This document shows positions 1-10,589 of a DNA stretch of 48,390 bases, one piece after another; the stretch's first letter is position 1; each line of letters starts with the position of its first letter. The DNA is taken from contig NC_068999.1 in assembly GCF_001194135.2 (NCBI RefSeq), positions 26,391,778-26,440,167 on the forward strand, in the 5' to 3' direction. Both the position numbers and the translations under genes were made by a program. The stretch is from Octopus bimaculoides (lineage: Eukaryota). The notes under the pieces are model-generated. The model was given only the letters and a program-made list of their open reading frames with translations, was not told the origin of the DNA and searched no databases.

Positions 1-454
1 GACGACTGGCACCCATGCCAACGTCGTCTCCTTCATTGGACACGAAACTCAGCTTGCGAAGACTTATTGGGGCAAGCGAATAGTGAAATCGGGATAGCAC
101 CTGTGCCGAGCGTCGCCTTTCTGGCACTTGTGCCCGTGACATGTGTAAGGATCTTCGAGCGAGATCGTTGCCATTGCCCCTGGACTGGCTCTTGTGTAGG
201 TGGCACATAAAATACACCATTTTGAGCGTGGCCGTTGCCATTACCACCTGACTGGCCTTCGTGCGAGTGACACGTAAAAGCACCCACTACACTCTCTGAG
301 TGGTTGGCGTTAGGCAGGGCATCCGGCTGTAGAAACTTTGCCAAATCAGATTGGAGGCTGTGTTGCCATCCGGTTTCACCGGTCCTCAGTCAAATCGTCC
401 AACCCATGCTAGCATGGAAAGCGGACGTTAAACGATGATGATGATGATGATGAT
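1..454 (+). mobile_element. 3' UTR/tail of an RTE-type LINE ending in (GAT)n
   Basis: Ends ...gtccaacccatgctagcatggaaagcggacgttaaac(gat)n. The same tail follows RT coding remnants at 9461-10574 and recurs at 30238, 34100 and 48173. Confidence 0.8.
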
Positions 455-637
455 ATATATATATATATATATATAGACAAAGAGAGAAAGTAATAACGAG
501 TGAATGAGAATAACGCCGAAGGGTTAAAAAAGCATAAAAATTATTGAAAGTGGGTAGAAATAATAAACACTATGTAGTGTAGTAGTACTACGCTAGGGGA
601 TCTGTAGAAAGTAGAATGTGATTTCGGAATATAACGA

Positions 638-840
638 GGAAAAATTCAGATCTTGGGAATTTTCCGAAAGTCCTCTCCCAACCTCAAGATTTTCCCCACA
701 AATTACTTTATAGTCATAATGTATGCCATTTCAAAGGTATTTATATAAAATTTCATTAAACCCACCCACTCCTATTTTCCTAAAAGTTATGAGGGAAAAA
801 CTCGGATTTTGGGAATTTTCCGAAGTCCTCTCTTCACCCT
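638..840 (+). repeat. Interspersed repeat with a ~155-bp internal tandem (gggaattttccgaa(a)gtcctctc twice)
   Basis: Motif repeated at ~638-680 and ~792-836. Related sequence at 41440-41640 (-) and 42640-42760 (+). Confidence 0.55.
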
Positions 841-939
841 CCTGTTGCTTTGCGCGCATTTTTTTTTTTTTCATTTCTGGGTCAAGTTGTAAACATTAAC
901 CAAAATGCCTTGTAATATTTAATTATATCATAAGTATGT

Positions 940-1260
940 TGAATAAAATGCCTAATGATATTTCATCCATCTTTACTTCCCGAGTTCAAATTCCCCCACG
1001 GTCGACTTTGCCTTTCATCCTTTATAAGTACCAGTTGCACGGGTCGCTGTAATAGACTTAACCCCCTCCCTGAAATAGCTGGCTTTGTGCCATAATTTGA
1101 AAATTAATATGATGGTTATGGGGAAAGGCGACTAACTGACAGAATTGTTAGCGTGTCGGGCAAAATTGCTTAGTGGCATTTTGTCCGTCTTTATGTTCTC
1201 AGTTCAAATACCATCGAGGTTGACTTTGTCTTTCATTCTTTCAGGGTCTATAAAGTAAGG
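940..1260 (+). mobile_element. Two adjacent copies of SINE family A (tRNA-like head)
   Basis: B-box-like gagttcaaattcc followed by gtcgactttgcctttcatcc...aagtaccag. Copies at ~940-1108 and ~1123-1260. Confidence 0.75.
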
Positions 1261-1519
1261 AATCTTTTTCCTTTTCTTCCAACCACAAATCTTAATCTGA
1301 AAATTTTCAAAAATGTAATTTTGATTTAGTTTTGCATGCTGATGAGGAATCTTGCAGTTATTATTTTGGAAAATTTATAATAAAGAAGTTAAAAGCATTT
1401 AAAGTTACATACTTTTAGTCTATGAATTTTATGTCAATGTCCTTACAGCAAAACTCCACTTCATTAATTAATTGTTAACAACATGTAAGTTTTGTAAAGA
1501 ACTCGGAATTTGTGTAGTT

Positions 1520-2237
1520 AAAAAATTATTTACTGGACGTTTGTGCAGACGATTTTCTTTTAGCTGTACCATCATATTTAGGCGGAGGTTGAACCAAGTC
1601 ATGAGAATAGGGAGGGTGATCAACCAGTTCAAAACCACAGTTACACACAAAAGCCATTGAAACCAAGGACTTGTGAGCAGGAGCATTGTTCTGGGGAATC
1701 AAGTTTTCCTGGGCGCTTGGTCTTGATAGCCTTTCATAACTGTCTCAGTACTCTCCATTGATGGTATGGCCCTTTTAAAGATAGTCAATAAACACAATGC
1801 CTTTTGCGTCCCAAAAAACTGAGGCCATCACCTTCCCTACAGATAAAATAACTTTGGCCTCGTTTGGAGTCATTGAGGAGAAGTGTTTCCTCAGTATGGC
1901 TTGTCTCTGTCTCTGGCTTAAAGTGATAAACCCAACACACATCCTGGGTTAAGGAAACCACCTGGATCTGTCTCAAACAATGTCAGAAGACATGGCATCC
2001 ACTGAATAGAAACCATTGTCATGCCAAGTTCATTGAGCAGAATATTTGTAATCCTCTCACAGGATATGCTAATAACATTGGCTATTTGAGTTATAGTCAA
2101 TCACCTGTCATCTATTAGCATGTGGTGACCACAATCGATGTTTTCCTCAGTGGTAGCATCCAGATCTTGGGTTATCTTCAAGACTCTCCCTACCCCTCTG
2201 AAATTCAGTTGCCCACTTTTGTACTGTTGACAAAGCC
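1520..2237 (-). mobile_element. Degenerate mariner transposase remnant
   Basis: Minus-strand translation gives LSTVQKWATEFQRGRESLEDNPRSG, ISCERITNILLNELGM..WMPCLL (WVPRLL-like), YHFKPET, a VFWD-type block and CGFELVDHPPYS, with many frameshifts. Confidence 0.85.
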
Positions 2238-2242
2238 AGAGT

Positions 2243-2308
2243 TAAACCTTAACCCTAAACTCTAATTCTAAACCTTAAGACCTGACCATAACCCTAACCC
2301 TAATCCCA
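2243..2308 (+). repeat. Degenerate telomere-like (TAACCC)n tract, ~10 units
   Basis: aaccttaaccctaaactctaattctaaacc...ataaccctaaccctaatccc with 6-bp periodicity. Confidence 0.6.
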
Positions 2309-2459
2309 AGATGTTTTCAATTGGTTGATATGGGAAAATAATGTTATCTACTGAATGGATATTGAGAATGGATAAATCTGATTGACTAACATTACAAAAA
2401 ATATCAATAACTATTTTATTATTAATTTCCTCTAAGGCTGAATCTTTAACACACCAGAC

Positions 2460-2630
2460 AAATTGCTTTTGTGGCTTTTCTTCCAGGTTTATATTCTGAG
2501 TTCAAGTTCCACTGAGATCAACTTTGCCTTTCATCCTTTTAAGGTTGATGAAATAAGTACCAGTTGAGCACTGGGGGCTGATGTTATTGACTTAATCCTA
2601 TCCCACGAAATTTCAGGCCTTGTACCTAGA
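2460..2630 (+). mobile_element. SINE family A copy (5'-truncated)
   Basis: ctgagttcaagttcc...caactttgcctttcatcc...aaataagtaccagttgagcactgggg. Confidence 0.75.
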
Positions 2631-2641
2631 GTATATATATA

Positions 2642-2797
2642 TATTTAAAGATACAGATAAGGAAATAATTTTATTCTCAAACACAGGATAGTGCTAATAA
2701 TATAGCATGAATGGATAGTTTATCCTGTTCATGCTATATTATTAGCATTATCCTGCGTTTGAGAATAAAATTATTTCCTTATCTGTATCTTTCAATA
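2642..2797. mobile_element. Palindromic TA-flanked MITE (~156 bp hairpin)
   Basis: Arms of ~75 bp are reverse complements (aaagatacagataaggaaataattttattctcaaac.../...gtttgagaataaaattatttccttatctgtatcttt) with ~5 mismatches, a 3-4 nt loop and TA at both ends. Confidence 0.8.
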
Positions 2798-2855
2798 CAT
2801 CTCAACGCTTCTAAAGCAAACTTTGTTTGTTGACTTTCAATGTAAGTTGAATTTT

Positions 2856-2891
<36 letters not shown>

Positions 2892-2999
2892 ACATATACA
2901 CATACAAAATACATATATAAAGAGCCCAGCCTCTATTACTACCATCATTTCAATGCATATATTGCTATGGGTGATCAGGTGTTCTGCAGCACCATGTAT

Positions 3000-3975
3000 T
3001 GCTGATCACTAGTCCTTCATCAGTTTCTAATGAGCCACCCAAGTATTTAAAAGAATCTATTTCTGGCATGCTTTTAGTGTTACTGGTAGCATGTAACCCA
3101 GCACAACCTGTTGCATTGTCAGGTCATCTGCAACTCCACCAAGACTGCTTGGAAAGGAAGGTGATTATTGGACATCCTGTGAGATAAAAAAACAAAACTC
3201 AACAAAGGGCTGGACTCAGGAAAGTCAACAGCCATCCAATATTGTGCAAGAAATGAAAAAGAAAGAAAAGGGTATGACTACCTTGAACATGGGAAAATCA
3301 ACGAAATGAAAGAGAGCCTATCTCTCATGAAGAGAAGCACTTCTCTGGTGAAAAGGAGCTCATTTCAAATGTGGAGGAATCCATCTCCGACCCAAATGCA
3401 ATGGGCTTCACAGTCAGTTGAATGTTGAACAAAGATGTAACAGAAAACCCTAACAAAATCTGCAAGGATGATCCAGATGAAATGCTGACCCAGCAGGAGA
3501 TGGATAAAACTACAAAAGAACCCCAAAATGACAGAATATTAGAGAAAGTTTCCTGAAATATTTACACCATTATGCTTACCAGTTATTCGAAGGACTTGGA
3601 CTCTGATTCACCCAGCCTAATCAAGGAGACTTCAAATGAAAGATTTTTGGGAATCACCAGCATAAAACATTTCAAAATGGGAAATTGGAGAATCATTGTA
3701 AAGAAGAAACGTAATCAGGGCTGTGGAGTACCCTCATCAGTACAAGTGTACATTATAGACACTTCCTTTTTTTCAAAAAGTTAATTGCTTCAGTACATCG
3801 TTCTGCTTAATTTGTGTTACACAACTCATATGGTTATTGCTATTCTAATTTTAAATCAATGTTTTTAGATCTTTCTCTCACTGTCTTTCTATAATTTGTC
3901 TATCACATTCCAATCCTATTTAATACACATTGCATTTTACTGTAACTTTTCAAACTCTCTGTGGTTAATAAAAAA
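3000..3975 (+). mobile_element. Possible internally deleted L1/Tx1-like remnant
   Basis: The 3' end ctctgtggttaataaaaaaa resembles the Tx1 3' end at 7185-7204. Weak Cys/His knuckle-like traces near 3070-3170. Confidence 0.3.
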
Positions 3976-4009
3976 AAACTACTATAATTGTTGTTGTTGT
4001 TATTGTTAT

Positions 4010-4108
4010 AAGACAGCAAGCTGGCAGGATCATTAGCATGCCAGGCAAAATGCTTCACGCCATTTGGTTCGTCTTTACATTCTGAGTTCAAATTCTGCTG
4101 AGGTTGAC
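4010..4108 (+). mobile_element. SINE family A, 5' half
   Basis: aagctggcaggatcattagcatgccaggcaaaatgc...ctgagttcaaattctgctgaggttgac, then interrupted. Confidence 0.7.
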
Positions 4109-4507
4109 ATGACCTCGCAGGTGGGGCCCAGTTAGAATTATCTTCAGGTCGAGTAGCCCATCCCATTCAAAAGGTCCCTGAATAAGGTTTGTTTAAGGAT
4201 GTTGAGCAAAACACCCATGTTTCCAAAGGTGAATTATTCAAACCCCAAAGAATTCCTCTCAACACATGGCTATGATGCTCCCCCACTACTTCTGCTCATG
4301 ATCAGAGATGCACATATCATCAGCCACCAAGGGACATGCTCAACTGGTTAAGGTCAAACAACTGACAAGCAAATATGTGGTATTAAGCAGAATATTTGCT
4401 GTAGCCCATCTTTTTATACCAAGACAAAACAAAGTACATGATAACCCTTCCAATCAATTAAGATCAGAAGCCATGAGAGCCACTGCCTGGTACTGCATCC
4501 GGGCATT
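4109..4507 (-). mobile_element. SINE-like interspersed repeat (different family), antisense
   Basis: Minus strand begins aatgcccggatgcagtaccaggcagtggctctcatggcttctgatc. It is non-coding, interrupts the SINE A copy, and was recognised from memory as a common octopus repeat. Confidence 0.55.
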
Positions 4508-4541
4508 GATTATGATTATTATTATTATTATTATTATTATT

Positions 4542-7204
4542 TGAAATACAGGAAGCAATGGCTAGCTGCACAAGAGGTAAATTGCCTGGCTTGGATGGTC
4601 TGTCCTAGGAGGTTTACGCTTACATGCCAGACTTTTTCAGTGACCTCTTAGCAAATGTTTACTGCAACTGGCAACAAAATGGGAGAATTCCCAGTTTTGT
4701 GAGCTGGAGAGCAGTGGTGTTGCTGAGGAAAGACACCCTCGTTTGGGTCTTTCCTCAAACAAGGGGGATTGTATTGACAACATTAAGCCCATAACACTGC
4801 TGAATACAGAGTTCAAAATTTTGGCCAAGGTGTTGGCACTTGTTGGGGACCTGGTAGGGGAGGCACAGATATGTGCCATCCTGAAAAGATCCATCCATGG
4901 CAACCTCCACCTCATACAATGCATCATTGAGAAAGTGGCTAAAGCACCTGATATGGGTGGGGCCCTGATCAATTTAGATCAGTCTAAAGCTTTTGATAGG
5001 GTTGACCATCTATACCTGGTGGCAGTCCTGAAGGCAGCTGGTTTTGGGCCTGTGTTCAGGGGCTGGACCGCTGCAATGCACAGTGACATCTGTTCAGTTG
5101 TCAGAGTGAATGGTTAGCTCTCAAAACTGTTCAACATCATGCACTTGGTCCAGCAAGGTTTCCCTTTCTCATCTCTCTTGTATGTGCTGATTCTTCTACA
5201 CAAACTGGAGTCATTAAGAGGCATCCTGTGTGACCTAGGATGTGGGAGATGTGTTGGCATATGCTAACAATGTCACCATAGAGGTGTTGGATCATAAACA
5301 GATAGAAATGATCAGCACCACTCTCAGGGACTATGAGGCAGTTTCAGGAGTGATGATTAACCAGGAAAAATCAGTGGGCTTGAGGCTTAACACCCGGAGA
5401 AGCAAGTCCAAGCCGTCCAACTACGTCGTTGGGTGCTGGATGGATGGACCAGTTAAATTGTTGGGGTCTGATTTAGTCTGGACCTCCAGATGGACAAAAA
5501 CTGGGACGAGGTAATGAGCAGGGTGACTATTCTCACCCAGAGTTGAGCTGAGACAAAGCTAATCCTGAAAGGTCCGGCAGAGGTGGCTAATGCATATATT
5601 GCGTCCATCATGTACTATCACTTGACCATCATGCCTTGTTCTGGCCACCATCTGATTACATTGGAGCATATACTCTTCCATTTCTGGTGGAAGAGACGTG
5701 TCTTGATGGTCAGGTGGTCTATCTGCACAGTGGCCTGGGCATGATGTGGTTGATGATGCGCAGACATGCACTGAGGCTACATCTCCAATGCTTCCTTGAT
5801 GGTGAACAGGTGTGGTCACCATTTGCCAGACATGCATTTCTGCAGCTAGTTTATTCAATGGAGCTGCAGTCCTGGGTAAAACAGAGAGTGAGAGGGAGCA
5901 TTTGGAAAGTGGAATGTCTTCAAGTGCTCACAGCCCTCAGTCAATCGGACACTGCGAAAGGTGGAATGTCCACTTTAGCTGTTTATAGAGGATTACTGGA
6001 TGGAAAGTGCAATTAATGTTCTTGGGGAGACCTTGGGTGTCGAAGACGATCAGCTGGCTGCTCTTTCCTGGAGAACTTTCAGTCCAGGACCGATAGATAA
6101 TTTCCAAAAATCTCTGTTGGGGTCTGATTTAGTCTGGACCTCCAGATGGACAAAAACTGGGACGAGGTAATGAGCAGGGTGACTATTCTCACCCAGAGTT
6201 GAGCTGAGACAAAGCTAATCCTGAAAGGTCAGGCAGAGGTGGCTAATGCATATATTGCGTCCATCATGTACTATCACTTGACCATCATGCTTGGACTTGC
6301 TTCTCCGGGTGTCAAGCCTCAAGCCCACTGATTTTTCCTGGTTAATCATCACTCCTGAAACTGCCTCATAGTCCCTGAGAGTGGTGCTGATCATTTCTAT
6401 CTGTTTATGATCCAATACCTCTATGGTGACATTGTTAGCATATGCCAACACATCTCCCACATCCTAGGTCACACAGGATGCCTCTTAATGACTCCAGTTT
6501 GTGTAGAAGATAAACTTTACAGGCATGGAATGCTGTCAACCAAGCATGTCCAAGATGCTTGCAGGACGATGAGACGGACCTGTATGCATCTCGTCCAGTG
6601 CCTGAGCATTGCTGACCTGTGGATTTATGTCGAACACATGCTGTCGCATGTAGGATGGCTCCAGCTGTCAACTGAATCCATCATGAAGATTGCTCCATGC
6701 ACTTTCTTGTGTTTATATGCCTGGTAGCCATGGCAAAAGAGGTTGTGTGGTGGATGAGATTGAAGGGGCTTTAAGACAAACACTTTTCTCTTTGATCAGT
6801 CCCTAATCAACTTCTTCAAGTTTCATTTGAAAAGGAAAATACAGGCAGAGAGGGAAGTGTTGTCTTCTAGCCAGTTTTCTGAAAGGTGGATGAAAGTGGC
6901 AAGAATGGTGCGAGTGAATGGGACTGCCTTGAACATATACCTGTAGTTGCAAAAAAGGAAAGGAAAAAAGGCACCTGCCCCAAAAGTCAGGGTGCCCATA
7001 GTTTTTATAGGGTTTTTCCATGAACAGCCCTTGAACGTCTACTCCCTGTTAAGGATTACACATTGTTGATTTTTAAAACAATTTTGTTAGTTTTGTTTAC
7101 ATGCAAAATCATCACAACAACACACTCACGCACATGCATTCTTTTTTGTCCTGTATTGTCCATAAGGTTTTTCTTAATGTGAACCCCTATGGTTAATAAA
7201 GAAA
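4542..7204 (+). mobile_element. 5'-truncated L1/Tx1-clade LINE, ORF2 pseudogene (RT + C-terminal Zn knuckle), rearranged internally
   Basis: GKLPGLDGL, KPITLLNTEFKILAKVLA, LDQSKAFDRVDH, VQQGFPFS, LAYANNVT (decayed YADD), MINQEKS and a C-terminal DKLYRHG..ETCMH-type block. 3' end ggttaataaagaaa(tca)n. Confidence 0.85.
6115..6510. repeat. Local templated duplication: 6115-6290 = 5459-5634 (direct); 6289-6510 = 5192-5413 (inverted)
   Basis: Direct comparison gives 1 difference in 176 bp and 2 differences in 222 bp. Confidence 0.9.
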
Positions 7205-7236
7205 TCATCATCATCATTATCATTATTATTATTATT

Positions 7237-7661
7237 AAGGTGGTGAGCTGGTAGAACTGTTAGCATGCTGGATGAAATTCTTAGCAGTATTTTGCCCATC
7301 ACTAGATTCTGAGTTCAAATTCTGCCAAGGTTGACTTTGCCTTTTATCCTTTCAGGGGTCAATAAATTGAGTACCAGTGAAACACTGATGTTGATGTAAT
7401 CGACTAAGCCCCTTCTCCCAAATTTCAGGTCTTGTGCCTATAACAAAGAATTATTGAAATAGCCGAATTGCTAGTGCACTAAATGAAATGCTTAGCATTA
7501 TTTCCCCCATTCCTATGTTCTGAGTTCAAATTCCGCCAAGGTTAACTTTGCCTTTCATCCTTTCAGGGGTCAATAAAATAAGTACCACAGGGGTCATTGT
7601 AATCAACTCATCCCCTCCCCCATAAAAACTGCTGCCCTTGTGGCAAAATTTGAAACCATTA

Positions 7662-7704
<43 letters not shown>

Positions 7705-7915
7705 GGTGGGGAGCTGGCAGAGTAGTTAGCATGCCGGGCAAAATGCTTAGCAGCGTTTCATCCATCTTTATGGTCTGAGTTCACATTCTGCCAGGGTCAA
7801 CTTTGCCTTTCATCCTTTTGGGGTCAATAGATTAAGTACCAGTGAATTACTGGGGTCAGTATAATCAACTAGTCCCCTCCCCAAAATTTCAGGCCTTGTA
7901 CCTATAGTAGAAAGG

Positions 7916-7950
<35 letters not shown>

Positions 7951-9429
7951 GACTATTATTGAGATGGTGAGCTAGCAGACCGTTAGCACACCAGGCAAAA
8001 TGCTTAGCGGCATTTTGTCTATCTTTATATTCTGAGTTAAAATTCTGCTGAGACCAAATTTGCTTTTCAGGGTTGATAAACTAAGTACCAGTTGAACACT
8101 GGGGTTGATGTAACTGACTCATCCCCTCCCACAAAATTGCCGCCCTTGTGGCAAAATGTGAAATCATTATTATTATTAGGTGGCAAGTTGGCAGAATTGT
8201 TAGAATATCAGCCAAAAAGCTTAGCAACATTTCTTCTCATTATAGAGGTCTGATCAATAAGTATCCGGACTGTTGCCATATTAACGAAGCTAAAGCATGC
8301 AGAGTGAAGCTGCCTGGCAAATATTGACCTTGAACTCTGCTGTGCATGTGTACTAAGTTTTAACATCCTAGCTCACTTCTGCTGTTTACAGCAGTGCTTG
8401 GAAGGAATGTGTGTAGCATGTGATTGTTGCATTGACCATGACAGAGAAAGTTGTCATGGCGATACCTGCTCAGAGGCCTTAGCAAAGCTGCAGAAAATGT
8501 ATGGAGAGGAGTGTACGAGTGGTTCAGATGCTTCCAAAATGGCTGAAAAATGTTGATATTTGGAAACGTTCTGGGAGACCTGCAACCAGCAGAACTGAGG
8601 AAAACATCACAGATGTGCATGCAGCAGTGAGGGGAAATGGTCAAATCACCATCCGTAAGTTATCAGAGGATGTGCAAATTAGCTATGGTTCAGTTCTGAA
8701 GATTTGGGTATGAGACGTGTGTGCCAAAACTGCTTTCAGCTGATAAAAAAAACATTCAGGTTTCAGTTGCCTAAGATCTCCTTGATTGTGTCAAGAACAA
8801 TGAAAACTTTTAAAAAACTTTGCGTAGGCCTCTGAGCAGGTATCATCAAGCTTTTGGCAAAATTTAATGCAGATTCTCTGCTCAACTTTCTCTGTGATGG
8901 TCAATGTGACGATCACACACTACACACCTTCCTTCCAACCATTGCTGTAAACAGCGACAGTGAGCTAGGACGTTAAAACTTAGTGTGCATGCATAGCAGA
9001 GTTCAAGGTCAATCTGTGCCAAGCAGCTTCACTCTACATGTTTTAACTTCGTTCCTATGGCAACAATCCGGATACTTATTGATCAAACCAGATATTCTGA
9101 ATTCAAATTCTGTTAGGATCAACTTTGCCTTTCATTCTTTTAGGGTCAATGAAATAAAGTACCAATCATGTACTGGAACTGATGTAACTGACAAGCCCCC
9201 ATCTACCTTCCAACTTACAGGCCTTGTGTCAAAAATTAGAAAGCATTACTAAGAAAGGAGTGAGCTGGTAAAATCATTAGTAGCCAGCAAAAATGCTAAG
9301 CAGCATTTATTCTCACTCTTTATATTCTGAGTTCAAATACTGCCAAAGCAATTTTGTCTTTCATCCTTTCAGGATTAATAAAATGAGAACCAGTTTAGCA
9401 CTGGAAGTTAAGGTAATCTATCTAACCAG

Positions 9430-9430
<1 letters not shown>
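7237..9430 (+). mobile_element. Head-to-tail stack of six SINE family A copies, mostly separated by (ATT)n tracts
   Basis: Copies at ~7237-7450, 7457-7657, 7703-7915, 7961-8164, 8178-8242 plus 9093-9245 (split by mariner), and 9255-9430. Confidence 0.85.
8243..9092 (+). mobile_element. Non-autonomous mariner derivative with long inverted arms, inserted at a TA in a SINE
   Basis: 34-bp TIRs at 8247-8280 and 9056-9089 (ggtctgatcaataagtatccggactgttgccata, 2 mismatches). Inverted homology extends ~240-270 bp. The interior encodes a transposase N-terminus (SGRPATSRTEENITDVHAAVRGNGQITIRKLSEDVQISYGSV). Confidence 0.88.
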
Positions 9431-9460
<30 letters not shown>

Positions 9461-9463
<3 letters not shown>

Positions 9464-10574
9464 AGTAGGAAGGTAGACAAATCACAAGTCCCTTCAGATA
9501 GATGGCCCTGCTTGATCTGTAGAAAAGGCGTAGGTAGTAACTCTGTAAGATGAACCCGGTGTAAGCTTTGGACACATAAAAAGTGCAGCAATATCAGAGG
9601 AAGGTTAACAGGGAAAATAGCTTTTGTGTGTGGTAGATGTAAGATACAATGAACACCAAAAATGTACCAAAAATAAACTCCATCAACTGCCATGGGGGTA
9701 AGCTAGAGGTAGTAGATAGCTTCCATTACCTAGGTGATCAAGTTAGTAGCGGAGGTGGATGCTTCGAGAGCATAGCTGTAAGAATAAGATTATACTGGAC
9801 AAAGTTTAGAGAGCTCGTATCTCTGCTGGTAACAAAGGCCTCTCTCTCAGAGTGAAAGGCAGATTGAATGATGCCTATGCATGAGCAGCTATGCTTTAAG
9901 GCAATGAAACATGGGCTGTGACAAACGAGAACATGCGTAGGCTTGAAAGAAATGAAGCCAGTATACTTTGCTGGATGTGCAATGTCAGTGTGCATGTTCA
10001 ACAGAGTGTAAGCATCTTGAGAGAAAAGTTGGGCATTAGAGGCATCAGATGTGATGTGCAAGAGAGACGAATGCACTGGTATGGTCATATGATGCATATG
10101 GACAAGGATAGATGTGTAAAGAAGTGCTGATCCCTAACTGTGGAGGGAATCTGTGGTAGAGGTAGACCCAAGAAGACATGGGATGAGGTGGTGAAGCATG
10201 ATCTCCAAACTTTGGGTTTCACAGAGGCAATGACTAGTGACTGAAACCTTTGGTGATATGTTTTGCTTGAGACCCATCAAGCCAAGTGAAATCACAGTTG
10301 TGGCTGACACTGGTGTCATGTAAAAAGCACCTTTTGAGCATTAAGCCACATAGAGGCAAGGACCGAGTCCATTTGGCATTATGCCATGCTTGAAAAGAAG
10401 ACCCATCAAGCCAAGTAAAACTGTAGTCATGTCAGATACCAGTGTCACGCAAATGGCACCTGTGCCAAAACAGACTGGAGTCTGGTGCAGCCTTCCAGCT
10501 TGTCAGTCCTGGTCAAACTGTCCAACTCTTACCAGCATGGACAACAGATGTTAAATGATGATGATGATGATGAT
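9461..10574 (+). mobile_element. 5'-truncated RTE LINE (PHD-like finger, RT C-terminus, 3' UTR, (GAT)n tail)
   Basis: WPCLICRKGVGSNSVR*TRCKLWTHKKC..CGRC, LEVVDSFHYLGDQVSSGGGC, RRLERNEASILCWMCNV, QERRMHWYGH, GRGRPKKTWDEVV. Starts in a (TA)n tract. Confidence 0.88.
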
Positions 10575-10589
10575 ATATATATATATATA

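Noticed and set aside
2990-3030. Minus-strand CTGATGAAGG as another hammerhead
   Set aside because: No GAAA after the putative stem II and no stem I, so it is too degenerate to support.
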